Assembly: GCA_038885755.1 (NCBI GenBank)
Contig: JAVZZH010000004.1
Coordinates: 32,001-96,000 of the forward strand
DNA length: 64,000 nucleotides
Reading direction: 5' to 3'
Source of the DNA: Candidatus Caldarchaeum sp.
Lineage (GTDB): Archaea > Thermoproteota > Nitrososphaeria_A > Caldarchaeales > Caldarchaeaceae
This document shows positions 38,642-49,800 of this stretch, one piece after another (positions within the stretch are counted from its first letter, which is position 1; every line of letters starts with the position of its first letter). The translations under genes and the position numbers were made by a program. The notes under the pieces were generated by a model. That model saw only the letters and a program-made list of their open reading frames with translations, was not told where the DNA came from and did no database searches.

Positions 38642-39661
38642 GTGTACAGGGTCAGCGTCATCCATGGGGATGGGATCGGGCCCCATGTCGTCGGGAAGGC
38701 CGTCGAGCTCGTAGGCTGGCTGGGTGATGTTTACGGGTTCAGCGTCGAGTTCGTCGAAGCGCCCGCGGGGGACAAGGTGTTTGAGGAGTATGGTGAGGCT
38801 TTACCTAGGAGCTCCTACGAGAAAATCAGGTCCAGCGATGCATGCCTCAAAGGCCCGGTGGGAGAGACCGCCCGGGACGTTATCGTCTACCTTCGGCAGA
38901 AGCTAGACCTCTACGCCAACTTGAGGCCCTTCAAGAACATTCCGGGAGTTCCTAGTAAGTGGTCTGGCGTGGACCTTCTTATCGTGAGGGAAAACACTGA
39001 AGACGTTTACAAGTCTGTCGAGGACTTGGGTGCTGATTACGCCGTCGCCCTGCTTGTTATAACCCGTAGGGCTGCGGAGAGGATAGCACGCCTTGCGGTG
39101 GAGATGGCGTTGTCTAGGCGGCGGAAGTTGACGGTTGTCCACAAAGCCAACGTGGTGAGAGCTTACCAGTTCTTCAGGAACGTCTGCATGGAGGTCGCGT
39201 CGAAAAACGAAGGCCTGCAAGTAAACGAGATGTACGTCGACAACGCGGCCTACCAGCTGATCGTAAACCCACAGTCTTTCGACGTCCTTCTAACGCCGAA
39301 CATGTTTGGAGACATTCTGAGCGACGAAGCCGCTGGAGTAGTCGGCACGATAGGCATAGCTGGGTCGGCAAACATCGGCGACTCTTTTGGGCTGTTCGAG
39401 CCTGTTCACGGCTCAGCGCCGGGGCTTGACCCTGAGTACGCAAACCCCACGGCACAGCTTCTGGCGGCGAAGATGATGCTCGAGTGGCTGGGTAAGAAGA
39501 ACGGCGACAGAAGAGTTGCGGAAGCAGCTCACGCGTTGGAAAAAGGTCTTGAAGAGACACTCGCCGACGGAGTTTTGTTGACGCCCGACCTAGGCGGTAG
39601 AGCAAAGTGCGGTGAGTTTGTCGACGCCGTGAGGAAGAAGATATCGAGTCGTATGAAGTGA
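38642..39661 (+). CDS. Isocitrate/isopropylmalate/homoisocitrate dehydrogenase family protein
   Basis: GDGIG, RENTED, HKANV, NMFGDILSD and FEPVHGSAP motifs; substrate cannot be determined. Confidence 0.9.
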   Translation: MYRVSVIHGDGIGPHVVGKAVELVGWLGDVYGFSVEFVEAPAGDKVFEEYGEALPRSSYEKIRSSDACLKGPVGETARDVIVYLRQKLDLYANLRPFKNIPGVPSKWSGVDLLIVRENTEDVYKSVEDLGADYAVALLVITRRAAERIARLAVEMALSRRRKLTVVHKANVVRAYQFFRNVCMEVASKNEGLQVNEMYVDNAAYQLIVNPQSFDVLLTPNMFGDILSDEAAGVVGTIGIAGSANIGDSFGLFEPVHGSAPGLDPEYANPTAQLLAAKMMLEWLGKKNGDRRVAEAAHALEKGLEETLADGVLLTPDLGGRAKCGEFVDAVRKKISSRMK

Positions 39662-40644
39662 TGAGGGTGCTTTCGGGGGTTTTTAAAGCTCCGTCAAGCT
39701 CCGCCAACGTAGGCCCCGGCTACGATGTTTTCTCCATAGCTCTTGAAAAACCATGCCTCGTCGTGGAGTTGAGGGTTGACGAGGGGGAAGAGGTTGTCGT
39801 GAAGGCAAAAGGCAAATATGCCTCGGAGATTTCAACCAATCCCGAAACCAACTCAGGCGCCAGGGCTGCGGCAGCGCTTTTGGCTAGCAGGAAGTTGAGG
39901 AGAAGAGTCGAGATAACCTACCATGCTGAAATTCCTCCGAGGAAGGGTTTGGGCTCGAGCGGGGCTGAGGCGGCGGCTACCGTCTACGGGTTGAACAAGC
40001 TGCTGAAGCTAGGGATGACGGCCAGCCAGCTCGTCGAAGCAGGGGCTTCGGCTGAGCCGGGAATGCATCCCGACAACGTCGCAGCCTCAACGATGGGAGG
40101 GTTCGTGGCCTGTCTCCGAGACGATGACGGCTTCACCGTCTTCCGGGTCGACCCTCCACCAGACCTAGCCATGATGGTGCTGGTTCCTGACGTGGAAAAA
40201 ACATCAACCGCCGACGCCAGAAAAGCCGTCCCCGAGTCTGTAAAAACCATGACGCATGTCCAGCTGACCGCCCGGGCTGCAGTAGCAGCACTAGCTCTGT
40301 GCAAATCCGACCTAGACACTTTCTTCAAAGCCATCTGCCTAGACCCGTTCGTCGAATACTCCAGAGCTGACGCAGGGGTTTACGGCAAGGGTGTCGACGG
40401 GCGGAAGCTTATGGAGGAGAAGCGACGGCTGTTGAGGAAGTATAACGTTGCGGAGACCATTAGCGGAGCAGGGCCATCTAGGGTTCTGTTCTACAAGTTG
40501 TCGGAGAACAACCAGCCCCTCGGTCAAAGACCTGTCGACGGAGCCGTGGCGGAGATCGTCGAAACGCTTGAGAGGAACGGCTACAAACTGCTGGAATCCT
40601 TCGACACAAGGCCAAACACTTCTGGATGCATACAAACACTCTAA
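39658..40644 (+). CDS. thrB: Homoserine kinase
   Basis: SSANVGPGYD, GLGSSGA, HPDNVAA and ISGAGPS motifs. Confidence 0.88.
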   Translation: MMRVLSGVFKAPSSSANVGPGYDVFSIALEKPCLVVELRVDEGEEVVVKAKGKYASEISTNPETNSGARAAAALLASRKLRRRVEITYHAEIPPRKGLGSSGAEAAATVYGLNKLLKLGMTASQLVEAGASAEPGMHPDNVAASTMGGFVACLRDDDGFTVFRVDPPPDLAMMVLVPDVEKTSTADARKAVPESVKTMTHVQLTARAAVAALALCKSDLDTFFKAICLDPFVEYSRADAGVYGKGVDGRKLMEEKRRLLRKYNVAETISGAGPSRVLFYKLSENNQPLGQRPVDGAVAEIVETLERNGYKLLESFDTRPNTSGCIQTL

Positions 40645-40666
40645 ATAACACTGTTCAAGACTAAGC

Positions 40667-41557
40667 ATGATGGATGCTGATTACAGGCGTTTCGTCGACA
40701 ACGAATACAAGGATTACAGGGTTTACAGCACGCTGGCAAGCGTCGAGAAAAACGGACAGCGGAAAGAAACCCTGCAGAAGCTGGCCGACGTCGAGAAGAG
40801 ACATTTCAGCTTCTGGCTCCAGCACACCCCCGCCTACAAGCCTTCAACCTCTAGAGTGTTTCTCAACTTCGTGGTTCTGTGCAGGCTTTTGCTAGGCGTC
40901 ACGTTTGTCGTAAAAGCCCTAGAGGGGCATGAGAAAAAGACTCTCGAGGAGTACAGGCTGATGGTTTCGAGGCTTGAAAATAACAGCGTTGAGAAACAGG
41001 CTATCGAGAAGATCATCAACGAGGAGGTGGAGGTTGAGAGGGAGCTCGTAGGCCACATAGACGAGGCTGTGGCGAAGTATCTCGGGTTCATGATGCTCGG
41101 AGTGGCTGATGCGATAATCGAGCTGACGGGCGTGCAGACAGGGTTTCTGGGCGTCTCCAGCTCCACGGTTGTCGCAGGAATCGCGGGGCTCATAGTTGGA
41201 TGCGCCGCCGCCGTTTCCATGGGAGCAGCCTCCTATCTCCAGGCAAGGCAGGGTGTCTCCGAAAACCCTGTGATTTCAGGAATCGTGACAGGCGGGATCT
41301 ACATGATGACTGTGGTCGCACTAGTGTTCCCCTACTTCATACTCAGAGACATGCTCTACGCATTCATGCTGTCAATCGTATCGGCCACAATCCTAACAGC
41401 CTTCTTCACCTACTTCTCGACTATCCTTCAGGAAAAGAGTTTCTCGACGGAGTTTTTGATAAACATCTCAATCCTAGCAGCTGTGGCGGCTGGAACATAT
41501 CTTCTCGGCAGAGCCTTGGGGGAGCTGTTTGGAGTCGACGTCCTTCCAGTGGCTTAG
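40667..41557 (+). CDS. Rubrerythrin-like/VIT1-CCC1 iron transporter fusion
   Basis: N-terminal E..EKRH ferritin-like domain; LGVADAIIE and AVSMGAASYL VIT1 motifs. Confidence 0.8.
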   Translation: MMDADYRRFVDNEYKDYRVYSTLASVEKNGQRKETLQKLADVEKRHFSFWLQHTPAYKPSTSRVFLNFVVLCRLLLGVTFVVKALEGHEKKTLEEYRLMVSRLENNSVEKQAIEKIINEEVEVERELVGHIDEAVAKYLGFMMLGVADAIIELTGVQTGFLGVSSSTVVAGIAGLIVGCAAAVSMGAASYLQARQGVSENPVISGIVTGGIYMMTVVALVFPYFILRDMLYAFMLSIVSATILTAFFTYFSTILQEKSFSTEFLINISILAAVAAGTYLLGRALGELFGVDVLPVA

Positions 41558-42687
41558 GCTTCTTCAAGAAGTTCGAGTATCTTGGGGAAGACGTTGACGT
41601 TTGTGATGACTACGTCTGCGCCGTTTTCTAGGAAAAAGTCGGCGGTGTCGTGAGACTGCCCGTAGACGCCTGCGAAGAGGATGTTGGCAGATCTCTCTCT
41701 CGCTTTCCTAAACATCACATAGTCTTCGACGCTGTTGCCGACGTAGACGACTTCTCCATCCACGCCGAGACTCTGTAGAGCCTGAAGAAGCGACCAAGGG
41801 CTGGGCTTTTCGTAGAGCTGTCTACCAGAGGGGTCTGCGGCTACATGGTCTCCGATGAACACGCAGGCTTTCTTGTCGAAGAAATCCGCCAAATCGCCGA
41901 GAGTTCTCCAAGTCTCCCACGAACCCCGGCCTGTGCTCATTCCGAGGACTATTCCACGTCTGCGCAGTCTCTCTAGGGTCGACCGCTCGACGAGAAGCTT
42001 CTCGTTCTTGAGCTTTCCCTCAAACGAGAAGAAAGGCCCAGACCCTCGAACCGTGTTGACGTTCTCCGACCCGAAGAAAACTTCGTCGAAAACGGTTGTC
42101 AAAAGGCTTTTTCCATATCTCTCTGGATAGTTGAGGACTTTCTTCAAGGCCTCGACTGCTGGAGACTTAATTCCCAAGGCCGACTCAACCTCGGACAGAG
42201 ATGCTGCTGTGCCCTCTAGGGCTGAAATTTTTTCACCCAACTCGAGCATCAAAGCCGAGACTTCCGCGCTCGAGCCTGTATGCTTGTATGTTTTCATGGC
42301 CTCAGCCAGCTCTACCAAACTAAGATTTCTCAGGCTCTCCAGTCTCTCGGCTAGACTGTAGCCCGATTTTTCATCCATCTTCTTCACAGCCCATTCAACT
42401 ATCAAGGCCAAGGTGTCGCAGTCGTTGTTGAAGCTTCCAACGGCTCTCACCCTGTATATCGTCTCCGAAGGTATGTCAGAGCTGTTGAACGACATCCCGG
42501 TCAGGAAGCCGAGAAGGGCCGCAGCCGCATCCTTGACGGCTTCGTCGTAGGAGGACTTCTCGTCTATCAGGACTCCGTCGCAGTCAAACACAGCGCCGGT
42601 TATAGACGGAAGCCTCTCCATGGAGCCGTATCTCACGTAGGAGACGCCGCCCGACCTTAGCTCGAGATACTCCCTAGCATCCTTCAT
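41554..42687 (-). CDS. HAD-family hydrolase
   Basis: FDCDGVL, STGR, KPSP and YVGNSVED motifs. Confidence 0.78.
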   Translation of the reverse strand: MKDAREYLELRSGGVSYVRYGSMERLPSITGAVFDCDGVLIDEKSSYDEAVKDAAAALLGFLTGMSFNSSDIPSETIYRVRAVGSFNNDCDTLALIVEWAVKKMDEKSGYSLAERLESLRNLSLVELAEAMKTYKHTGSSAEVSALMLELGEKISALEGTAASLSEVESALGIKSPAVEALKKVLNYPERYGKSLLTTVFDEVFFGSENVNTVRGSGPFFSFEGKLKNEKLLVERSTLERLRRRGIVLGMSTGRGSWETWRTLGDLADFFDKKACVFIGDHVAADPSGRQLYEKPSPWSLLQALQSLGVDGEVVYVGNSVEDYVMFRKARERSANILFAGVYGQSHDTADFFLENGADVVITNVNVFPKILELLEEA

Positions 42688-42770
42688 ACCGGGTCTATGG
42701 TTTGGAATGTTTGGTTTTAAGGCTGACCTGCTTCAAAGCTTTTATACCGAGTTGGAGGCTGGCTGCAGAG

Positions 42771-43133
42771 ATGATGCCTAGGCACGTAAAGTGGGATGAA
42801 GTGGCTTGGGAGAAAGTCAGGAGCGATGTTTGGAGGCGCGTGGTTTTTGGAGAGAAGATGACTGTTGCACAGATGCGTCTTCTGAAGGGCGCTGGGGTAG
42901 TCATGCATAGGCATCACAACGAGCAGGTGTCCTACGTTTTGGATGGCAGGGTTAAGTTTGTTTTCGAAGGCGGTTTTGAGAGAGTTGTCGAGGCCGGCGG
43001 CGTTATGGTCATACCCTCCAACGTGGAGCATGCCGCAGAAGCCCTTGAAGACAGCCTCGTCGTCGACGTGTTCGCACCACCTCGAGACGACTGGCTCAGG
43101 GGTGAAGACGCCTACCTCAAGAAGTCGGCTTGA
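42771..43133 (+). CDS. Cupin domain protein
   Basis: HRHHNEQ, IPSNVEH and DVFAPPRDDW motifs; likely start at ATG 42771. Confidence 0.85.
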   Translation: MMPRHVKWDEVAWEKVRSDVWRRVVFGEKMTVAQMRLLKGAGVVMHRHHNEQVSYVLDGRVKFVFEGGFERVVEAGGVMVIPSNVEHAAEALEDSLVVDVFAPPRDDWLRGEDAYLKKSA

Positions 43134-43464
43134 GAATCCATTCGCTCATAAGCCTCCAGTGCCACTCGTCAGACTCTTCTATCAGCTCGAACTCCTCTGT
43201 AAGCATGGCTAGCTTAACCGCTACCACGTGGTAGCACATGGGTTTTTCGTGGCTCATCACACGGAAGAAAAAGTCTTCGCAGGAGCAGTAGCCAACAGCT
43301 GGCAGGACCAGATAGTCTCTTGTTTTCCCGACAACAACCCAGCGGAGCCGGTTGCTCGGCTTGAACAGATACTTCTTGACTTTTTTCGCCTTGACGCATT
43401 CATACGCTTCTTCGAACAGCCTAGGATACTCTGCCTGTATCCTCGTAAGCTCTTCACTCATCAC
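43117..43464 (-). CDS. SWIM zinc-finger protein
   Basis: YCSCEDF...CYH (CxC-xn-CxH pattern). Confidence 0.8.
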   Translation of the reverse strand: MMSEELTRIQAEYPRLFEEAYECVKAKKVKKYLFKPSNRLRWVVVGKTRDYLVLPAVGYCSCEDFFFRVMSHEKPMCYHVVAVKLAMLTEEFELIEESDEWHWRLMSEWILKPTS

Positions 43465-44255
43465 AGCACCTTCCTCAGCTCTCCAAGCCTTCCGAGCACC
43501 TTGCCGTCTAAGGTTATGACCTCAGCCATGTCCACGTCGAACACCCCTGAGTGGAGCAGCGGCCCCCTGACGAGACGAGAAGGACCCAAGTCGTTCACGG
43601 ACCTGCCTTGAAGGAAGGGGTTGAAGCTAGGCATTATCAGCAGCGACAACTCCCCCCTGACATCCCGATCATGTATACCGTACAACGCCCTGAGTAAAGA
43701 CTTCCTAGAGGCTCTCAGCCTAAGCCATACCCTCAGCCTAGCACCTCCGTCCCCAGACCCCACTCTAAGAACTGGATGTAGGTGGCCGGCGATGACTAGT
43801 CTGGCTTTGACTAATTTCTCGTCAGGCTTGACGTGCCCGTGAGTGATGGCGAGCCTCTCCTCCGGTATGTATATGCCACGGGTGGGAAGTATTTCAGCCA
43901 GCCCCTTCAAGACCTGCACTAGACGGCCGTCGTGGTTGCCTGGAATTATCATAACCCGCTCCACATGCTTGTTCAGCTCCGCGAGAAACATCGGCAGAAT
44001 TCTGGACTCCAGCTCAGAGGGCCCTAGAATGTTGTGCTTCAGGTCGCCGGCCACTATGACTTGGTCGGCCTTGGTCTTCTCAACGATTTCTTTCAACTCG
44101 TCCAGCAGCCTGCCGCTGTGAGACGGAATCCTCACACCCTTCAGCCGTAGATCCATCTCGAACCCGAGATGGAGGTCAGCCACGACGATTGCTCTTTTAG
44201 GTTTCTCCACCAGAAGAGCGGGATGGCCTTCAACAATCATCAACTCTATCCTCAC
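43461..44255 (-). CDS. Metallophosphoesterase (ICC-like, COG1407 type)
   Basis: ADLHLG, GDLKH, GNHDG, THGH, GHLHP and MPSFN motifs. Confidence 0.85.
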   Translation of the reverse strand: MRIELMIVEGHPALLVEKPKRAIVVADLHLGFEMDLRLKGVRIPSHSGRLLDELKEIVEKTKADQVIVAGDLKHNILGPSELESRILPMFLAELNKHVERVMIIPGNHDGRLVQVLKGLAEILPTRGIYIPEERLAITHGHVKPDEKLVKARLVIAGHLHPVLRVGSGDGGARLRVWLRLRASRKSLLRALYGIHDRDVRGELSLLIMPSFNPFLQGRSVNDLGPSRLVRGPLLHSGVFDVDMAEVITLDGKVLGRLGELRKVL

Positions 44256-44256
44256 G

Positions 44257-45351
44257 CTACTTCTTAGAGACCTCGGCGAGCTTCTCAGGAAGATAGTCGG
44301 TAACTATGTACTCGAGCCCGTACCGGCTCAGCGACTCCAGCTCGGCCTTCCGCTGCATCTTCCTGAACATGCTTATTTCACGCTTCCACGGGTCTTGGAC
44401 ATAGCGTGGGTCTTTCTCAAGCTCCGACACCCTCCGGATGTCTTCGTCGTTGAACTTCATTGAGGGAAGCTTGTACTTTGTTATGTCGCTAGCCCATAAC
44501 CCCGCCCATACTCCGTCAGGGACGTTAAGCTCTCTCACATGTGCGGATAGGGCTGAGCCGAAGACGATGACGCTTGCGATGTGCATGCCCCAAGGGTCTG
44601 CGTCGCTGAAGATGTAAACAGGCAGGTTTAGCTCTTGGTTGAGGCGTCTGATGAACTTCCTCGTGGCCCTCGGAGCCTGACCCGCCGTGTGAACCACGAT
44701 GGCTTTATACTTTTGCGGGACGTTTTCCTCGAGGAACCGCTGGTATATGGCGCCTTTCTCGACGACGAAAACTTGCTCAGCCTGGCACCTCACTATCCTG
44801 GCTGTTGTCATGGCGGGCCCGATCATAGCGCCGTCGGGAATGGTCCTCAAATCGAGAGTCCGCCCCTCGTATCCTGGAACCGTGTACTCAATCACCAGAG
44901 GTCCGAATATGCTTGACCTCTCCTCCGGGTAGATGTTGAAGTCCTCTCTCACGGCCCCGACTAGCGTTTCCAGCTCCGTGACGGCTTCGTCGCTCTCCTG
45001 CTGGTCTTCGAAGTCGACGTCGTAGCCGAGTGCGTTGTAGAAAGCATCCCTCAGCGTGCTCGTCTTCTTCGACACGATGAGCTGGGAGGCGAACATTATC
45101 ATCCAGCACAGCTGGGCGAGAGGCCTTAGATGCTTGATGTTCCTAGCGGTTCGGACAGACTTCCGCGGCCCTAGGACGTACTGCCTCAGGGTTGGGCTGT
45201 ACTCTATGTTGGACGTGGAGCGGGCTGGGATCTCAAAGCTGGGAAACTCTCCAGCTTCAACGGTCTTGACCACAGACCTGGCCAGCGACCTGATACGCTC
45301 CAGAACCCCGGCCTGAGCCTCTTGCGGCGCCCTCTTTGGTTTCTGTTTCAC
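44257..45351 (-). CDS. top6A: DNA topoisomerase VI subunit A (Spo11 family)
   Basis: STLRDAFY (catalytic Tyr), VVEK, DADPWG (Toprim) and KAELE motifs. Confidence 0.93.
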   Translation of the reverse strand: MKQKPKRAPQEAQAGVLERIRSLARSVVKTVEAGEFPSFEIPARSTSNIEYSPTLRQYVLGPRKSVRTARNIKHLRPLAQLCWMIMFASQLIVSKKTSTLRDAFYNALGYDVDFEDQQESDEAVTELETLVGAVREDFNIYPEERSSIFGPLVIEYTVPGYEGRTLDLRTIPDGAMIGPAMTTARIVRCQAEQVFVVEKGAIYQRFLEENVPQKYKAIVVHTAGQAPRATRKFIRRLNQELNLPVYIFSDADPWGMHIASVIVFGSALSAHVRELNVPDGVWAGLWASDITKYKLPSMKFNDEDIRRVSELEKDPRYVQDPWKREISMFRKMQRKAELESLSRYGLEYIVTDYLPEKLAEVSKK

Positions 45352-45384
45352 CGTCTTGATTCTGTATGGGAAGCTCTTATAGAT

Positions 45385-46845
45385 TCACGCGGTTATTTGG
45401 TTTGAGATCAGAAAGGCTGCGTCAAGGAATGGAGTCGGGTAGACGCCTATGACGATGGCTGCTGCTGCGAGGACAAGCAGGGGAGCTGTCATGCTTGCCC
45501 CGACAGGGTTTAGCTTATCGAGGGTGGGAGACGGGTTCTTCAAGAATATGGACTGGACTAGCCTTACGTAGTAGGCCACGCCGACGAGTATGTTGACGAC
45601 CATGATGGCTGCGAGGACGGCGTATGTCTGTCCCGCGGAGAGGGCTGCGGTGATGATGGTGAACTCGCTCCAGAAGACGTTTAGCCCCGGAATTCCAGCC
45701 AAGGCGAACGCTCCCACGGCGAAGCATGTCGACGCCAAGGGTAGTTTCTTGCCTATCCCGGCCAAGCTGTCTATGCTTCTTGTGGCGGCGGCGTGGATGA
45801 ACACTCCCGCAGCCAAGAAGAGCAAGGCTTTGACGACTGCGTGGTTGAGTATGTGGAACAGGCCTCCGGCCACGCCGGCTACGTTTGCCACGCTAAGCCC
45901 GAAGACGATGTACCCTATGTGGGCTATGGAGCTGAAGGCCAGCAGCCGTTTTATGTCCTCCTGCATCAAGGCCAGAAGGTTTCCAACAGTCATGGTGATG
46001 ACGGCGAAAACAGCCAAGCCAAGGCTCCAGTCATACACCGTCGGCGGGAAGACGCCGAGTATGAGCCTGAGCATGGCGTAGACGCCGGTTTTTATCACAA
46101 CCCCTGACAGCATCGCCGATATCGAGCTGGGTGCGGCGGGGTGGGCGTCGGGGAGCCATGAATGGAACGGAGCCATGGCTGCGTTGACTCCGAAGCCCGT
46201 GACGAGGAAAACTATCGCTATGTAGCTCCACGCCTCGCCTGCTGCAGCAGCCGTCCCAAGCACCTCAGCCAGCCTGCTTATCTCGAGCGTGCCGGCCAGT
46301 CCGTAAAGCAGAGACATGCCGAAGAGAATCGCCGAAGCTCCTGCAGCGCTGATGATCAGGTACTTGAGAGAGGCCTCGACAGCTTCCCAGGAACGATACC
46401 TGAAGGCGACCAGAAGATACGAAGCGATAGACATCATCTCCCAGAAGATGAAGAAGGTGAAGAGGTCGCCTGCGAAAACGACTCCAACCATTCCCGTGAC
46501 CAGTGCTATGAGCAGAGGGTAGAACTCGGGTTTCCTCTCCTCGATGTAGCCTATGGAGAAAAGGCTGGCTAGGAGTCCGACGGCTATGAATATCAGGGAT
46601 AGGAATGAGGATAGGGAGTCGACGTAGATGGCTGACGAGTAAGGCCCCAGAGAGATGCTGAGGACTCCTCCCGCGAAGACTGTCTGTGCTTGAAAGTATG
46701 CGACGATGAAGCTGAGGGCGAAGGCTGCGAAGCTGTAGGCGTCTATGATGAAGGATGCCTTCAGACGTCTGGAGGCTAGGGAGAAGAGCGGAGAAAACAC
46801 CGTGAAAATAATCAGGATGTTTAAGGTCGGGGTGAAGTTCACCAT
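45385..46845 (-). CDS. Proton-translocating antiporter-like subunit (NuoN/MrpD family)
   Basis: FWEMMSIASY, EASLKY, PFHSWLPDAHPAAPS and LAFSSIAHIG motifs; likely start at ATG 46845. Confidence 0.85.
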   Translation of the reverse strand: MVNFTPTLNILIIFTVFSPLFSLASRRLKASFIIDAYSFAAFALSFIVAYFQAQTVFAGGVLSISLGPYSSAIYVDSLSSFLSLIFIAVGLLASLFSIGYIEERKPEFYPLLIALVTGMVGVVFAGDLFTFFIFWEMMSIASYLLVAFRYRSWEAVEASLKYLIISAAGASAILFGMSLLYGLAGTLEISRLAEVLGTAAAAGEAWSYIAIVFLVTGFGVNAAMAPFHSWLPDAHPAAPSSISAMLSGVVIKTGVYAMLRLILGVFPPTVYDWSLGLAVFAVITMTVGNLLALMQEDIKRLLAFSSIAHIGYIVFGLSVANVAGVAGGLFHILNHAVVKALLFLAAGVFIHAAATRSIDSLAGIGKKLPLASTCFAVGAFALAGIPGLNVFWSEFTIITAALSAGQTYAVLAAIMVVNILVGVAYYVRLVQSIFLKNPSPTLDKLNPVGASMTAPLLVLAAAAIVIGVYPTPFLDAAFLISNQITA

Positions 46846-46883
46846 CGTCCTCGCCAAGATGGTTTTTAAGCAGCTTTTTAGTT

Positions 46884-49800
46884 TTAGGAGCAGCCCGTCG
46901 TGGCTCCGCAGTTGACGCAGACGTAGCAGGTTCCGCTTCGAGCCATTATGCTGCCGCATTCAGGGCATGGAGGAGCGTCCGGGGCAGGTGCTTTCACGGC
47001 TGAAACTTTCTCAGCAGAGGCCTTAGGCTCGACGTCGTCGCCGTCCACCAAACCAATCTCTTGACGCTGATCCTCTGGCAGAAACTTCAGCGCAAGCCAT
47101 CTGAAAACGTAGTCTACAACAGACTTGGCGAACCTGATCTTAGGGTTGTCGGTGAAGCCTGAAGGCTCAAACCTAGTGTGGATGAACTTGTCAACCAACA
47201 CCTTCAGGGGAACGCCGTACTGAAGAGCTATTGAGGTGACTATCGAGAAGGAGTCCATGAGCCCCGCCAGAGTGCTTCCCTCCTTCGCCATCTTGATGAA
47301 GACTTCTCCGGGAGTTCCGTCCTCGTAGAGGCCAACAGTTATGTAGCCCTCCTGCTCGCCTATCCTGAACTTGTGAGTTACAGCTGTTCTCTCCGAAGGC
47401 AGTCTTCTTCTGACCGGCTTGGGGACGCTCTCTTCCTTGGCGGGTGTTTTCGCTGTAAGGGGCTGGGACAGCTTGCTTCCGTCGCGGTAGATGGATATGC
47501 ATTTCAACCCCAACCGCCACGCGTCCATGTACACCGAGGCAACGTCTTCCGGCGTCGCATCGTTCGGCATGTTGACTGTCTTGCTTATAGCTCCGCTGAG
47601 GAACGGCTGGACTGCAGCCATCATGAGCAGATGAGCTCTGTAGTGGATGTACCTTCTCCCCTTCTTGCCTGAAGGCACGGCACAGTCGAAAACAGCGTAG
47701 TGCTCCTGTTTTAGATGAGGCGCTCCTTCGACGGTCATGGCTCCGCAGACAACTTCTTCAGAGGTGTTTATCTCTTCGTCTGAGAAGCCTAGGTGTTTGA
47801 GCAGGTTGAAGGAAGGGTCTTTGTATGCTTGTTCGGGCACGCCGAGCCTCCTCATGGTCTCAACCCCGAGCACCCACGGGTTCAGCACGTCTTTGAGGCT
47901 TGTGGCTGACGGCAGGAGCTGTTCGACTTTCTGTATCTCGGCTTCTGTAAGGCCACGTGCCTTGAGCGATTGGGCGTTCACGGGCTGAGGCCCGTAAAGC
48001 GTGTTCGTCCCCACGACGTACTGTATGATGTCCTGTATCTGCCGAGATGTGTAGCCCAGCTTTCTGAGCGCAGGCTCGAGAGACCTGTTGACAAGCTTGA
48101 AGTACCCTCCTCCGACAAGCTTCTTCAACTTCACGATCGAGAAGTCAGGCTCGATGCCCAGCGTATCGCAGTCCATCAACAGCCCGATAGTTCCAGTCGG
48201 AGCAATCAAGGTCGCTTGAGCGTTCCGGACGCCGTATTTTTCACACAACTCCACCGCCCTGTCCCATGACCTTCGAGCTGCTTCCAGTATGTAAGAGTCG
48301 CAGAGCTCGAGCGGCGGCAGGTAGGGCTTGACCTCGAGACCCTCGTACTCCTCAGGCCTGCAGCAGTATATTGCTCTCCTGTGGTTGTTCAGAACCCTCA
48401 GAACATGACGTTTGTTCTTCTCATACTCGGCGAACGGGCCCTTTACTCTGGCAATTTCCGAGGAGGTCGCGTAGACTTCAGCCGTCATCAAAGCCGTCAA
48501 CGCAGCAGCCACAGCACGGCCTCTGTCGCTGTCGTACGGAAGACCCATACGCATCAAAAGCCCGCCTAGGTTTGCGTACCCTAGGCCCAAGCTCCTCGTC
48601 CTGTAGCTCATCTCAGCTATCTCCTTGCTTGGGTACTGGGCCATGGCGACAGTTATCTCGAGGACTATGGTCCAGAGCCTGATGGCGTGTTTGAACGCGT
48701 CTATCAGGAAGACACCTTTCTCCTCATCGTAGAACTTGACTATGTTGAGAGAGGCGAGGTTGCAGGCGGTGTTGTCCAGAAAGTTGAACTCTGAGCATGG
48801 GTTTGTGGCGTTTATCCTACCCGTCTCTGGACAAGTGTTCCACTCGTTGATCGTTGTGTCGAACTGAAGACCCGGGTCGGCGCAAGCCCATGCAGCCCGT
48901 GCGATCTTGTCCCAAAGATACCTCGCCTTAACACGCTTCACCACTCTTCCGTCGGTCCTCCAAACAAGCTCCCAGTCGCCATCGCTCAAAACCCTTCTCA
49001 TGAACTCGTTCGTCACCCTGACAGAGTTGTTGGAATTCTGTCCCGAGACAGTCTGGTACGCCTCACCCTCAAAGTCAGGCGAGTAGCCGGCAGCTACAAG
49101 CGCCGCAACTTTCTGCTCCTCCTTCATCTTCCAGTCGATAAAATCCTCAATCTCGGGATGGTCTACGTTGAGCACAACCATCTTTGCGGCTCTCCTAGTC
49201 GTCCCGCCGGACTTTATGGAGCCGGCCACGGCGTCGCCCACCTTCAAAAACGACATAACGCCGCTCGAAACACCGCCTCCCGACAAAGGCTCCCCCTTCG
49301 CACGGAGCACGGAGTAGTTGCATCCTTCACCACTTCCATACTTGTAGATGCGGGCCTGCTTGACCCATGTGTCCATGATTCCTCCAGGGTTGACGAGGTC
49401 GTCTTTAATCGACAGGATGAAGCATGCATGAGCCTGTGGATGAGTGTAGGCGTCGGTTGAAGGAACAACTCCAACTTTCTCGTCGTAGTAGTAGTGTCCC
49501 TGGGCGGGGCCTGTTATTCCGTAGGCCGACTGTAGCCCCGTGTTGAACCACTGCGGCGAGTTGGGTGAAGCTATCTGAGCGATGAGCATGTATTCTATTT
49601 CGTCCTGAAATGCCTGAGCATCCTCGAAAGTTGCGAAGTAGCCCAGCTTCTCACCCCACTGCCTCCAGCAGCCAGCAAGACGTCTAACAACCTGCTTGAG
49701 GGACCTCTCCGGGCCTAGTAATGGTTTTCCATCCCTGTCGAGGATCAGGTTTCCGTTCTCGTCATACTGCGGCACGCCTGTCTTGCGGAAATACTTCTGC

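Noticed and set aside
46846-46959. N-terminal extension of the NuoN/MrpD-like ORF
   Set aside because: It overlaps the nrdJ 3' end and an AT-rich promoter-like stretch; ATG 46845 is the more plausible start.
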